Notes: generated from the sequence alone by a model not told the origin. Counted from the stretch's first letter, positions 13,219 through 27,266 are shown. The stretch is 64,000 nt of DNA from Eledone cirrhosa (GCA_964016885.1 OZ024741.1:248372001-248436000); one strand, 5' to 3'. Translations and numbers: made by a program.

Positions 13219-13409
13219 TAATTGTTTCTATTTTTAGCACAAGGCCAGCAATTACCTCAGTGCATTACTGGTACTTTATTTTATCAACTCCATAAGGATG
13301 AAAGGCAAAGTTAACTTCGGCAGTATTTGAACTCAGAATGTAAAGGACCATAACTCTATGCTGCAAAGCATGGTGTCCAATGCTCTACCGATCCTGCCAA
13401 TCCCCTGCC
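13219..13409 (-). mobile_element. Meta-core tRNA SINE nested in an older SINE
   Basis: Same family as 9722-9907; flanked by the direct repeat aaacatataat. Confidence 0.85.
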
Positions 13410-13665
13410 AAACATATAATGGAGCATATAGACAATATGGTCACCTGACCAGTCTAGCCTCAGTAGCAACCTGTGTCTAACCCATGCAAGCAGAGGAAGT
13501 AGATGTTAAACAGTAATGGTGATGCTGATTCACCAGTTGCATGAGTTTCAGTGAGGGGTAGAGATTGGCCAAATCTACAATTTCTACCATTCTGTTGTGG
13601 GTGGTAGAGTTAAAAGTGCAAGCATTTAAATGATTCCTTTTATAGGTATTGTTACAACTAACTGA

Positions 13666-13800
13666 AGGCGTGTGGCTGAGTGGTTAGAGAATTGGATTTG
13701 CAATCGTGAGGTTGTGAGTTTGATTCCTGGACCAGGCAATGTGTTATGTCCTTGAGCAAGACACTTTATTTCACTTTGTTTCTTCTGCCTGGATTTGTGA
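13666..13800 (+). mobile_element. Second tRNA-derived SINE family
   Basis: A box gtggctgagtgg, B box gagtttgattcc, followed by gtccttgagcaagacactt. Confidence 0.7.
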
Positions 13801-13945
13801 CTGTCAGATAGTATTAGCAATTGGAAAGACCAATGGAAACATCATTTCCTTGGTCGAATTTGACGAGCTCCAACCCACTCGTTAAGCAAATGAGGTCTGG
13901 GATCTTTCACTTTACAGCTAACTACTTCTATATATCTGCTATATA

Positions 13946-14114
13946 CCTTATTTCCCGGCGCTGAAGACGCTTCATCCTTGAGGACGCACCCTAATTTTGA
14001 CAACCAAAAGTTTGAAAAAAATTAATAAACAACCTTCGGCCTCCAGGACGCATGGAAGATTTTTAAAACGTATTTTAGGGGAAAAAGTAGCATCTTCGAC
14101 GCCGGGAAATACGG
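13946..14114. mobile_element. pogo-like MITE with TA target duplication
   Basis: TA-ccttatttcccggcg ... cgccgggaaatacgg-TA. Confidence 0.85.
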
Positions 14115-14865
14115 TATGAAGTCCTCTGTCATCCCACTACACCTTATTTACCCTTAGTTTACATTGTGTATACCATTTCAACCAACTCCTAAACTGCATA
14201 GTGAGCACAGACACTTCTCAGACTGCAATAGACTCCTGACTTCTTTCTTGCTAATTTAAACTTTTGCCTTTGCTAGTTTTACTTCTCATTTTCTGCTTTG
14301 CTTCAATCTTTGGAATTTCTCCTCTAAATCTTCAACAAATTCACCTATAAGGAAAGAACTAGGTTATTGATATACAATATTTTCAGTATTACAGAATTTT
14401 CAAAGAATCAAATATGGCACCTATCCTTACATATATGTTGAACATATATATAAGATGATGAAGAGAAGGGGGTGAAAATATGACTTTTTTTACAGGATAT
14501 AATATACAATGATATAAATAAAATGAATTAGCAATGACTAAGAAAGAACCTAAATTGGTTTGTATATTTTGTACCTATCAGAGAAACAGTATCTTCTCTA
14601 GTCTAACCCTGTCCCACATATATGTTGGGTGTTGACTAAATCTGATAAATCTCTATCATCACTGATATCTGCTTCATATTGCCACCAACACAGTAACTAG
14701 TAACTTTCTTACTTTTCCATAATTCAACAAAATGACTGCTGAATCATAACCTATTAATCACACCCAGATGACATCATACATCACAAAACCTCATTCAACC
14801 ACAGTTTCTATTCATAAATTTTTTCACATTCATTCACTGGGTTTTTATTCATGTATTTACTTTAA

Positions 14866-15069
14866 CCCCTTAGCAACTGCATTACTCTATATTTACTATT
14901 GTATTTTTGTGGTAAAGGCTTTATCTAACATAATATCATGTGAGATTTTTATATTATTTACTTTGAGAACAATACCTTAACATTGGTATGAGTGGACAGT
15001 TATAGACAGTTTGAACAGAAAGACATGAGAGAATTCTGGCCGGATATAGGCGGTTTAAATGCTAAAGGG
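14866..15069. mobile_element. piggyBac-type MITE
   Basis: TTAA-ccccttagca ... tgctaaaggg-TTAA. Confidence 0.75.
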
Positions 15070-15599
15070 TTAATGCCTGAGTGAGGATTTAATTATACAG
15101 TTATCTACATAGAGAAAAATGTTGGTGAATTGGGGCAGTTGTTACAGAATAGGACGAAATGCTTTGCCGTATTTGTCCTAGTTTTCTGTTGAGGTCAGCT
15201 TTTCCTGGGTCAATGATATAAAGTACCAGTCCAGATTGGCAAAATTGTTAGAGCATTGCATTATTTCTTCCAGTTCTATGTGTTCTTAATTCAGATCTTA
15301 CTGTGGCCTACTGGTGTGGTAGACTTAATCTACCAGGTCCTTGTGTGCTTTTAGCAGAACCCATTCCGGTGCAAGCATTCAGGCTCTCTCTCTCCCATTG
15401 AGGTTACCTTTCTAAACTAGTCTTAGAGGCCCTGATTAAAATGTTTGTTGAAGCTGTGAGTCAAAGAAAATTCAAACACCTAGTGTTTCAGAGGGTGCAA
15501 AAGAAATTCATGATTTGGTTGAGGAAAAGTGTCTGATGCCAAAAAGAAGGCATGAGATACTGCTGAACAAAGAGAATAAATGGGACTAAGGGTCTACTT

Positions 15600-16790
15600 C
15601 ATGTAGACCCAACTGATGGTCCAGTCATAAAAGGTGATAAATAAAGCAATTAAGGACATGCAATTAAGGAAGGCAGCTGGACCATTGAGTATAGTTGCTG
15701 AGATGCTAAAAGCATCTGGCGTGGTAGGTTATGAACTAGTCAGACATAATTAATCAAGTAGTATAGGATGGTGTTGCACCCAATAACTGGTGCATCAGTA
15801 TCATTGTAAACTGCTACAAGAGCAAAGGTGACACATCAGAGAAAGGTAACCACAGAGGTATCAAGTTGATGGACCAGGTCATGAAAGGGCTGTAGCTACT
15901 AATTAGGGACAGAATAAAGTTAGATGAGATTCTATTTGGATTTATGCCAGGTAGAAGTACTACCAATGTCTTCTTTCTGATGGGACAACAGGAGTGTAAG
16001 CCACTCTACCTGGTATTTGTAGATCTAGAAAAGGACTTCAACAGAGTCCCATACTCTGCAATATGGTGGCCACTTAGGAAGCTAGCTGTAGAAAAGCTTG
16101 TGAGGGGCATGAAACCAGCAAAGTGAGACTTGGCAATGAGTAGAGTGATGGATTTGAATTGCATATGGTGGGCCAACAGTGCTCAGTCCATTTCTGTTTA
16201 TCATTATCCATGAAGCCATCACTGAGCAGTTTAAAACTGGCAGTTCATGGTAACTCCTGTATGCTGATGTCTTTATAGCTGTGAGTGAGTAAGAAGCAAA
16301 ATTTCAAGCATGGAAGAAAAAGCTCGAATTAAAAGGCCCAATAGTAAAAATAACAAAATCCTAATAAGTAAGAAAGAGGAGAGGTAGCTGATATCACCAG
16401 GGAAGTGATAGAAAAGGGTGGACAAAAATTCCATAAGGTGCACACAGTATACTCTATGGATGCACAAGAAATGTAGTGCGATTGCAAGCAGGTTAATTGA
16501 AAAGTAAAAAAACTTTGTATGTAACAAATTCACAAGAGATGTAAACACTAGGAGTATACATGAAATAGATATCCTCAGTTGTCAGGAAGCTCCTTAGAAG
16601 TTGTTGACAGCTTTTGTTACTTAGGTGACTTTAATCAGCAGTGAAAGTGGATGCTCTAAAGCTGTGATAGCCAGAATAAGGACAGGCTGGAAGAAATTTA
16701 AGGAGCTGGTGTTTTTGCTGATAACAAAGGTTTTCTCTCTCAGAGTGAAGTGTAGACTGTGTACAATGCCTGCATGCTATATGGAATCCA
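15600..16790 (+). mobile_element. Decayed RTE LINE RT region
   Basis: KAAGP..AEMLK, FGFMPGRST, VFVDLEKDFNRVP, LLYAD, RIRTGWKKFKEL. Confidence 0.85.
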
Positions 16791-16926
16791 TGCCCCCAAC
16801 AATATTACCTCAGCTAGTCTCACCATCACTGCATCCTCTATTGCCTTATGCTATCAGAGGTCACCCTTTCTTTCATATTCATCACCTTGTTAGATCCCAC
16901 CACAGTATTCATCCATAACATCATCC

Positions 16927-17382
16927 TGTAGCGCTCTCTAGACGAGGGAAGTAGCTAGAATTACTTCCCGTTGAAATTCTAGAACCTTCTTTAAAACTTC
17001 CGTTCAAAGGATTATAAAAGAGTGAACTGAAAGTCATCTTTCTCTCTTTTGCCGGTTAACCCTTGAAGTGATCGCATCGAGTGCAAACATGCTAACCCTT
17101 TTCCAACCACATCTTATATTTCAGGATTATAGCTTGACATACCACGAGGTACATTTGCTTACCACATATGTAATTCACGGACTACAATAAACGCAAGTCA
17201 TTTTGATACTCGTTTTGAGAAACTTATTATGCTTCAGTTATTACTTCAAATGTAGTGAGAGATAATTCTCACACGAAATGAAATTGTATGAAAATTCTCC
17301 TATCTCTTATTTCTATTAAATTTAGTGGTTGGGATCCGGTGGTACTTACTGGAGTAAGTAATCCTGGGACTAACTCACTAAA
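16927..17382 (+). repeat. 5' LTR
   Basis: Direct repeat of 21364-21819; TATAAAA and AATAAA inside. Confidence 0.95.
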
Positions 17383-17499
17383 AGTGATGACCCCGAACAC
17401 GCAGCAAAACAAATTAATTTATTCAATAGCATGTAAAAGCAGTGACAAATATTTTAATACACTATTACAATTTATTGCTACACAATATATTGCTAAACA

Positions 17500-20400
17500 A
17501 CTCCACTAAAATCGTGAAACAATTATTCTTCTCCCGTTTGCCAATAAATCTGCAGACCATATTGGCAAATATGGTCGACACCAGAAAAAATTCCATAATG
17601 CGATCCACGGCGGATCGCATTATGGAATTTTTTCATGCGGCTACTTCGGCAGATTCACTCGTCGCTTCTTCTGCTATTAAAACACAGCCTGCTTCACCTC
17701 GTGAGGACTCTATGCTGAGAGTCATTGACGCGTTAACTCGTCAAGTGGCTAAACTGTGTCGGAAGCGAACGCCATCCAGGTGGCGTTCACGGAATCGGTC
17801 GCCTTCTCTTCATCGTCGCGCCAAATTCCCCCGCCAACAACTCGTCTTTGTGTTGGTATCACGTTGGTATTTCGTGAAAAGGCGAAACATTATATTCAGC
17901 TCTGCTCTTTCGAGACCTCGGAAAACTAAAATTGGGGAGTCTGGGCACGACAAACCTCTCCCTCATTAATTCACCTTATCGTGCTTTCTTTATCAGAGAC
18001 CGAGTCTCGAACAGATCATTTATGGTGGACACAGGATCTAGTTGCAGTATTTGGCCTCTTCGGTTCAGCTCTACCAAGCCAAATTTTTCCGGCATTTCCT
18101 TGTATGCAGTAAACCAGTCTCCTATAAAAACTTATGGACAAATATCTTTATCATTGGACCTAGCTTTGCGTCGAGATTTCAAATTGATTTTCGTCATTGC
18201 GGACCTACCTCATCCTATTCTCGGTGCTGATTTTTTACACCACTATTCACTGTTGGTAGATGTCAGGAGACAGAAACTTGTCTACGCCTTCTCGTAGGTC
18301 TACTGCTACTGTCATAAGCCCCTCGTGTTTTATAGCCGCCTCTGGAAACCAGTTTCATTCACTTCTTGCCTCGTTTCCCGAGTTAACTGACATTTCATTT
18401 AAACCGAATCAAGTAGTCCACTCGACTCGACACTTTATTACAACTACTCCGCCTGTTTTTTCTCGTCCACGTAGGTTGGCTCCGGATAGGCTAACGAAAA
18501 CCAAGTATGAGTTCGAACACATGCTTCAGCTTGGTCTTATACGACCTCCACCAGCCCATGGGCATCTCCGCTTCACTTGGCTCGTAAGGGTGAAGCGGAT
18601 TTTAGACCTGTGTGAGATTATAGACGACTTAATGCCATCACTACACCTGATCGTTATCCTTTACCAAATTTATAGGATTTTTCATCCGTTCTGCATGGAT
18701 GCAAGATATTTTCTAAAATAGATCTGGTACGGGCTTACCATCAAATACCCATGCATCCAGAAGACATACCCAAAACAGCTGTGACCACCCCTTTTGGTTC
18801 GTTTGAATTTCTGTCCATGCCTTTTGGTTTGCGGAATGCCTCTAGCATGTTCCAGCGTTTTATCGATGAAGTCATGCGTGGATTGGATTTCGTGTTTGCT
18901 TACGTGGATGATCTCTGATAGCCAGTGACTCAGCTGAGCACCATCATCAACATCTATTCCAGTTATTTCTCACGTCTTCGATCGTACCAAGTCAGAATCA
19001 ACCCAGCTAAGTGTGTGTTTGGTACAGCTTCACTGGAATTCCTTGGACATCTTTATAGATTCGGAAGGCATACGACCTTTGCCATGTAAGGTAGAAGCGA
19101 TTCAGTGTATCGCACCACCCACCTCCCTGAAACAATTACGTAATCTCTTGGGATTAATTAACTTTTATCGTCGCTTCATTCCTAACTGTGCGGACAAGTT
19201 GTTCCCCTTGACACAGTTTTTAAAGGCTGCAAAAAAGAAAGATGCTCCTATTTCACTTTCTGCCGATGCTTTGCAGTCTTTTGAATCCGTCAAGTCTGAG
19301 CTAGCTGAAGTTTCCTTCCTCACCCATCCTGTTGCAAACGCGAGACTTTCTTTATCTGTTGATGCATCCGATCATGCTGTTGGAGCAGTTTTGCAACATG
19401 CGATCGACCACCAGGTTCAACCACTGGCGTTCTTCTCACGCCAACTAAAACCAGCAGAGCAACGTTACAGTACTTTTTACAGAGAGCTTTTATCAATTTA
19501 TCTTGCTGTGAGACACTTCCACCATCTTCTTGAGGGTCCGGAGTTTACGGTATTCACAGACCATAAACCACTCACATTCGCTCTTCAAACCAAGTCCGAC
19601 AGGTGCTCTCCGAGAGCGTATAGGCATCTAGATCTCATCTCCCAGTATACCAGTGACATTCGTCATATAGCTGGAACTGCCAACATACCCGCGGACGCAC
19701 TATCTCGACTTTCTGTGTGTTCTCTTGCGTCTCCTGCACACATCGATTTGGTTGCCATAGCAACTGACCAACCTACTTTTGGATTCGTTGGACATTTCTT
19801 CTACCCAGCTTTCCTGCTGTAAATTTACCTCTTTCATCTGCTGAAAGAAAAATTCTTTGCGATGTTTCTACTGGCTCACCCAGACCACTTATTCCAGATT
19901 GTCATCAGCGTTCCGTTTTTGATGCACTTCATTCCTTGTCGCATCCCGGCATAGCTGCCACGGTGAAATTTATTACGGCTCGATTTTTCTGGCCTAATAT
20001 GCGTCGTTTAATCACCGGTTGGGCACGTTCTTGTTTGAAGTGTCAGTGCTCTAAGATTTATCGGCATGTCCGCGCTCCTCTTGGGAAATTCAGCCCGCCA
20101 GACGCACGTTTCCGTCATATACACATGGATATTGTTGGTCCGTCGCCCGTTAGTCGTGGGTTCACATATATATTGACTTGTATCGATCGTTTCTCTCAGT
20201 GGCCTGCTGAAGCCATACCCCTAGTGGACATAACAGCAGAGTCCGTTGCCTGAGCTTTCATTTCCAATTGGATTGCTCGCTTTGGTGTTCCTGCTAAAAT
20301 AACAACGGATCGTGGACGCCAATTTTAAGCTTCCTTATTTCGTGAAATATCACGACTCTTGGGTGCTCATCATATTCATACGACCAGCTATCACCCAGCC

Positions 20401-20980
20401 TCCAATGGAATGGTGGAGAGGTTTCATAGATAGTTGAAAGCTGCACTTCGCGCTACTCTTGATCCCCAACGTTGGACCGAAATTTTGCCAATTGTGCTTC
20501 TTGGTTGTCGTTCTGCCATTAAGACAGATTTAGGTTTTTCTTCTGCTGAACTTCTTTATTGACTCTTCCTGGACAAATGTTAGCATCGGTGGATTCGTTG
20601 CATCTTGACCCAGCATCATATGTCACCAGGATTCGTTCGTATTTCTCGGATCTTCCACCAATGAACCCTCGTGACCAATCTATTTCTTCTGCTGTCCCAT
20701 CGGACATCTCTACGTGGACACACATTTTTATACGGAATGATTCCGTCAAGGGACCGCTTACGTCACCCTACAATGGACCTTTTCGTGTGCTTTTGCACAC
20801 ACCCAAACATTTCAGTGGCTGTCAATGGTCGAAAAGAGACAATATCCATTGACAGAGCAAAGAAGGCTTTCTCTGACATACCTCGTACATACACTCCCAC
20901 ACCAACACCTTCACCTCCACCGCAAACACCACATACCACACAACCTTATGTCACACGAGATGGCAGGACGGTAAAATAGC
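17500..20980 (+). pseudogene. gag-pol remnant with several stops and frameshifts
   Basis: ORF fragments 17442, 17932, 18260, 19013, 19936, 20559, 20671. Confidence 0.93.
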
Positions 20981-21363
20981 CACGAAAACTCTCAAAAACA
21001 ATATACACCTAACCCCTGGTGGCATTAACAACATTTTTTTTTCAGTTTTCAGATAGAACTGGTGTCAGAAAAGTCTATACACTGGTGGCGTATGAACTAT
21101 TTGACTTTGAAAAACTTTGAACTTACCATTGAGCATTAATTTTTCTCTGCTCCCTTATATTAACTTTGAATTATCAGTTTGTTACATTCACATATTTCTT
21201 TGTAAAATGCATTTACTTGTTTTGTGCTCCTTTTGCTATTTGCTTGCTCATGTTTTTATTTATTCATTTTCTTGTACCTTTTGTTTTGCTCCTCATTTCT
21301 TACGGGTTCTCGCTACAATGACCTTCGATTGGTTATTCGACTTCTCGTCTGAGAGGGGAGTCT

Positions 21364-21819
21364 AGTAGCGCTCTCTAGACAAAGGAAGTAGCTAGAGTTA
21401 CTTCTCGTTGAAATTCTAGAACCACCTTTAAAACTTCCGTTCAAAGGATTATAAAAGAGTGAACCGAAAGTCATCTTTCTCTCTTTTGCCGGTTAACCCT
21501 TGAAGTGATCACATCGAGTGCAAACATGCTAACCCTTTTCCAACCACATCTTATATTTCAGGATTATAGCTTGACATACCACGAGGTACATTTGCTTACC
21601 ACATATGTAATTCACGGACTACAATAAACGCAAGTCATTTTGATACTCGTTTTGAGAAACTTATTATGCTTCAGTTATTACTTCAAATGTAGTGAGAGAT
21701 AATTCTCACACGAAATGAAATTGTATGAAAATTCTCCTATCTCTTATTTCTATTAAATTTAGTGGTTGGGATCCGGTGGTACTTACTGGAGTAAGTAACC
21801 CTGGGACTAACTCACTAAA
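21364..21819 (+). repeat. 3' LTR
   Basis: Direct repeat of the 5' LTR, preceded by the PPT. Confidence 0.95.
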
Positions 21820-23369
21820 ATCCTTATCTATCTTCTCTTCCCCACTTAGAGCAAAGCGGGCTCTTCAGCTGGGACAATAAGTGGTAGCGCCACGAAAATA
21901 CACCCAGTACACTCACTAATGTGGTTGGCAATAGGAAGGGTACTCCACTGTAAAAACCATGCCAAAAAAGGGTTGAAAAGAGCCCTCAGTTGTGTCCACT
22001 GTGTAACAACCTTTCTGATGGTGTTGATCTATACAATAAACACACCCATTATACGCTGAAAAGTGGTTGGTGCCATAGAAAGCTTACCAAACAAAGGGTT
22101 GGAAGGACCCTTCAGTTGTGTCAAAGATATGACAACCTCTCTAGTGCTGGTGTCATGATAAAATGCACTCGATAGAGTATTTAAGAAGATTTGGACCCCA
22201 GCTAATCTGAGAGGACAGTAACCCTGCTTCAGTACTGGCTTGGTCTGTAATGAATCACCAACCCTTGCTAGCAGGGAAAACGCACACTAAATGATGAAGT
22301 GGAAGAGAAGGATATATCTGTGTGCATTCTTATGTATGTATATCAATAAATCCCCGGAAACCTATGGATCGTTGATCACCTCCAGCTTCCATATCATCAA
22401 CGGGATGAGGACTAAATCTTCTACTGGATAGAATACAGACAATGATTTTTCAGATATAGACTTTCCTACAGGAAGAAGTAAAGTCAGAAACTTTAAGTCA
22501 TTGAAATACATATTAATATAACAGTACAACCACTGCTTATAGTTGAGTACTGGTTACTATGCAGCCAGCCCCAGTGGTAAAGTTTCATTAGTATCCCAGT
22601 GACTACTCCCTCAATGAAGACTAATTAAAATTCGATAATGAAATATAAGATAATTAGTTTGTTAATAATGAATGAGTTAATTAATTACGAAAAACTATTG
22701 AAAATTAATTAGTATGATTAAAAGTTTTTTTTTTTGTTCTATTGAAACTCTAAATTTTTTGATTGCATTTTTCTTTATCCAACCAGAAAAACAATCAATA
22801 AAGAAGCCACTAAGTGGCTACTTGATCTGTTAGAAATAACAGCAAAATCTCTCTGAAATTACATCTTATCATCTTTAAAAGAAGAAAAAACGTGCTGTTT
22901 AATGTGATCTGAGATAAAATACGTCAGACGGATGGATACTATTGAAACACCTTTGAATCCCGGTTTAACCAATCAAGGTTTAACTGAGACTAAACAACTA
23001 CATCTGAAGTTTCAACACTTTTTCTTCTTTTGCCAAGCTACACAATACCTAGAGTTGATGTGGGATAAAATTGAGGCTAAACAAAAACCAAATAAACAAA
23101 ATGGAGTACAGAAATTCTTGGATAATCTTTTCCTCCATCTTGAATATCAATATAAGTGGTGTATAAAATACAAACATTCAATATACAAATTCTCACAATG
23201 TCATGAAAAGATATTATGGACATTATATAAAAAATGATTGAGTAGTATCTAATATAAAAACAAAACACACTAGGGAGAAAAATAGAAAAGGAAGAAAAGA
23301 AAAAGAAAATAGGATCAAGCAACCATGAGAAGGGAGAGGGGGGGGGGAGACATTACATCCCAGTCTGAG

Positions 23370-23745
23370 CGGTACCTCAGCCGCGCCCCGCGGACAAAAT
23401 AAAAAAAAAGTATTACAGAGGAGAATGGCCAGATACATCCGCTGCAACAGCTACCCCACCTCACGAGGTTCCCTCTTCCAGCAAGCCGCCATCTTTACAG
23501 AAAATATCAGTAGTGCTGAGGCCAAAAACGTCAGAGGTCTCGACGGAGACCGGTGCAAAGAGGAAGCGTTTGGTCAGGTGCCGATATTTGACTCTCTTCC
23601 TCTCCTCCGCATTGCGGGTTTGTAGCCGAAACGACAAGGCTTAGAGACGGAGAACGCGTCACAAATTAGAGATTTGCTCACCTTGTTTATCTCAATATTA
23701 AAAATTGCGTGAAAAATTGAACACGGCACTACATGCCAGTGAATC
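23370..23745 (-). promoter_or_regulatory. CpG-rich promoter/first-exon-like region
   Basis: CpG enrichment, YY1-type motif GCCGCCATCTT (about 23485-23495), minus-strand donor AAG|GTGAG at 23682/23681. Confidence 0.5.
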
Positions 23746-24139
23746 GTAATTCATGAATTTCACATTACTACTGCTCTATTGTTACTGTAGTTATTGTTGT
23801 TGCTGCTGCCATTGCTAGTTGAATAAATAATTTCAATCGTCATCATACAACTGTGTTGTATAGGAGATAACTCTTTATAATTGTAGAGTTATTTCCCTTG
23901 TTTATTGCTGTTTTTTTTTGTTTTATTTCCTTTTTGCTTATATTGTTTTTATGAGTGTGTTTTTCTATGTAATTTTGTACATTTTTTGTGTATTAAAATA
24001 TCTTTATCTACAGAGAAAGACAAAGAACTATGTACATTTTACGGTTGTGAATGTCTAAAGTGTTATTTTTCGTAGAGTTCAGTCTAATTGAACTAACAAA
24101 TTAAATCCCAAAACTGTGCTCAAACATCGTTAATTCAAT

Positions 24140-24410
24140 TATACGAATCGAGGCGGTGTTGGGTAGCGTTCCAGGTGTGCGTGGCCTCAGGCACTGGCCA
24201 CCTCTTGGTCGCAGCGGACAAAATGGAGAAAGCGTTGCCTAGGAGGATGGCGAGAGAGACGCGTTTGAATAGCCATTTCATCTCACGAGTCTCGCTCCTG
24301 CGCGACGCGGATTCAGTGAGTAGTGAGGTGGTTCGGAATCAACAACGCCAGAAGCCTCCACCGTTACAGGGCGACACTTTTATGGGGGCGGCTGTTTTGG
24401 GTCTACTGTG
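24140..24410. promoter_or_regulatory. CpG-rich unique island, possible divergent or alternative promoter
   Basis: High GC/CpG in AT-rich context, AAAATGG and GATGGCG motifs, no repeat similarity recognised. Confidence 0.35.
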
Positions 24411-25307
24411 GGCTATAAGCGTTCTTTTAATGCTGCAGCATAATATTATAATTATACACACTAGTTAATATTTTGTGGGGTTTTTGTTTGTTTTTTTTTC
24501 TTCAGCCTGGGAAAATTCTTAAAGAATATAAGATACTGTTTAGTATGTATTAAGGTTTCGATATTAGTTTCATTGATTAACATAAAACTAAGACATTTGG
24601 AGAGGCTGTTTGCAACTAAGGGATACAATTAAACACTGTCAAATTGGGTGAATTTCCATAGTATTTGTTAAACCACTTGATAACGGAAACATTATTGTTC
24701 CATCCAGATAGTCTTAAGGCTTGTGGGATTTCTTAAGATGATATTGTCTATAATAAACTTATTTACTATACTTAGCTGTAACTTACACTTAGAGTATATG
24801 TGGAAGCTGTCCTTGTGGATTTTCGGTGCTATGCATGGGTTACGCCTAGCAATATACTCTGCGCTTTTAACTATTTTAGCTATACCGCAAGCCTCTGGAT
24901 TTCCGTTGATTTTTATTATATATACTACCAGAAAAACAACCCTTCGGGTGGTTTTCTGCTAGCATGTGTAGTGTGTATATTGATATTATACGCAGGTATA
25001 TACACATGTAGATATGATACATCAAATAAAATCGTAATTGACAATATATAAATTGAACGAAGACTGCGTACCACTGTCTTATGTAATCAGTAACGTAATC
25101 CATGATACATTAAAAAAGACGATATTATATATAAACTGCATAAGGAGAAAATTAGTGTTTATTTAAGCCATCGCCACCGGAAGTGTTGACATTTCAAAAA
25201 TTTTAAAGAAGTGAATCTTAAAATAAACAACAAAATTATTTATATTTAATCAAGAATAACGAAATTTAGTAGATAAATTATGTAATATTCATTCATTATT
25301 TATTCAA

Positions 25308-25490
25308 TTGGCAGTATCGGTAGAAGGTCGGACGCCATGCTTCGACGCATAGAGTTACGGCCCTTGCCATTCTGAGTTCAAATCCCGCCGAGGTTAACTT
25401 TGCCTTTCATCCTTACGGGGTCGATAAAATAAAGTACCAATAATGCACTGGGTAATTGCTGGCCTTGTGCCAAAAGTAGAAACAATTATT
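25308..25490 (+). mobile_element. Meta-core tRNA SINE
   Basis: Same family as 9722-9907; flanked by attatttattcaa repeats. Confidence 0.9.
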
Positions 25491-25602
25491 TATTCAAAGT
25501 AATCCAACTTATTTTACATACGGGATAAAAAAAAATAAACCGTACGCATTCCCGCAGACCTTCCTTTATTATAGTTTAGATTGTAATATACGTTTTCATA
25601 AC

Positions 25603-26150
25603 AATAATAATAATAATAAAGAAATTATTGTGTACAATGCTCAGGTGCACTACAACTCATCAAAGGTGCATGTATAGTACATAGAATAATGTACAAATGT
25701 CAGGAAAATGAACAGTGTACGAGTCATGAAATACATGTGTTCGGTGTATGGTGGGGGGACATCAGGTATAGTGTTGGCGAATCTCGGGAAGCATGGAGGT
25801 TTTAAAGGATGCCATGTCTCGACAGCTAACAACTGATGCAAGTAGTATGTTCCATGCTTCGGCAACTCTGAGCGTGAATAAATGTTTCCGAAAGTCATGG
25901 GAGCTGTGCTGTTTTCTGACTTTGTAGGCATGCCCACGTGTGTTAGACACATGGAAATCAAAAAGGTGCTTAGGGTTGTTGTTGGCAAGATGGTTAATGA
26001 TTTTGTGGGTGTTTACCATGTCAGTTGCCAGACGTCGGAGCTTCATACCCAGGGAAGCAAGGTGTTCAGAGTATGGGAGATGCCTGATGGAGGGTATTCG
26101 CTTGGTTGCAGAGGATTCTTTTTATTGCTCGTGACACCTTTTTAGGGCAT
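25603..26150 (-). mobile_element. CR1-type LINE 3' end
   Basis: TRGHAYKVRKQHS..RKHLFTLRVAEAWN; (TTA)n tail. Confidence 0.85.
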
Positions 26151-26460
26151 CCAAGACTTTGGTATCTTCAAATTGAAGACAAAGTCCAAATGCTTGTAAA
26201 GAAATAGGTCCACTAAAAGCATACAGGTCTGGGTGGGGTAGCTGTTTAACTGGACGACAGGTTAAATAAACAACGCCAGTATTTGTACTCAAAAGGCAAA
26301 GAGTGTTTTTCTTTTCAATCATACCTTAGTGGTGATAATTGAACAGATTAGTAGCCAACTTTTCTTGTGTTCTGTTCTGCGAGGGCATTTATGGGTTTCA
26401 AAACCAAAATTAATGTCGGTGAGTCGATTAAAATTACTTTTTCGAAGCATATGTTACTAC

Positions 26461-26539
<79 letters not shown>

Positions 26540-26543
<4 letters not shown>

Positions 26544-27224
26544 ACATAGCGAGTTATTATTCCTCAATAACTCCTAAACTACTAAATAATGCGCTATCAT
26601 ATGCATATAAGCACACGGATCTATCTAGTGACGAGATAAATATTATTTTAACTGCAAGGCGAACATTGATAGAATTTAATAATGATCTTTGGACTAGATC
26701 CGATAGGCAGAAGAACTTTGACATTACTATGGGCTCGTCTGATTCGGCGCAAGTTACCGATCTTGTGGGAATTTTCATCCTTAACATGATAAATAGAAAA
26801 CTGCCGGAGATTACCGGTGGTTTATATAGAGACGACATATTATTTATTGTAGAAAAACATAATAATAGTGAATTAAATAGAGTAAAGAAAGTAATTATAA
26901 CATTTTTTAAAAATTATGACCTGAAATTAGAAGTAGAAAATAACAATAAAACGTAACTCTTAATTTGAACTCAGGCCTTCATTACCCTTTCCATAAACTC
27001 AATGAGAACTTAAATTATGTTAATTTTTATTCTAATCATCCTAAAAGTGTTAAGAATGGAATAGTCAACAGTGTACAACAAGAATATCCAGACTATCTGC
27101 TAATAGATCCATATTTAATAGTAAAGCCGTATATTATAATGATGCTTTACGTAAAGCTGGTTATAAAAATAATATTGAGTATATAGAAAAAAATACTGAA
27201 AATAGTATTAAGTATAACCACAGT

Positions 27225-27230
<6 letters not shown>
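26540..27230 (+). mobile_element. Penelope-like element, RT part
   Basis: DIASYYSSIT, MGSSDSAQVTDLVG, GLYRDD; starts right after (TA)n. Confidence 0.9.
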
Positions 27231-27260
<30 letters not shown>

Positions 27261-27266
27261 TATAAT

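Larger units (their letters stand above)
16927..21819 (+). mobile_element. Full-length decayed Ty3/Gypsy LTR retrotransposon
   Basis: Two 456-bp LTRs, ATCC TSD (16923-16926, 21820-21823), PBS-like tgatgaccccga at 17385 (near tRNA-Trp complement), PPT gagaggggag 21351-21360; order gag-PR(VDTG)-RT(YVDD at 18901)-RH(DAS)-IN. Confidence 0.96.

Noticed and set aside
14578-14662. C/D snoRNA candidate (GTGATGA...CTGA on minus strand)
   Set aside because: Poor terminal stem, no recognised guide, looks like an RTE 3' tail hairpin
26160-26460. Possible GIY-YIG fragment (TGVVYLTC) on minus strand
   Set aside because: Only one weak motif
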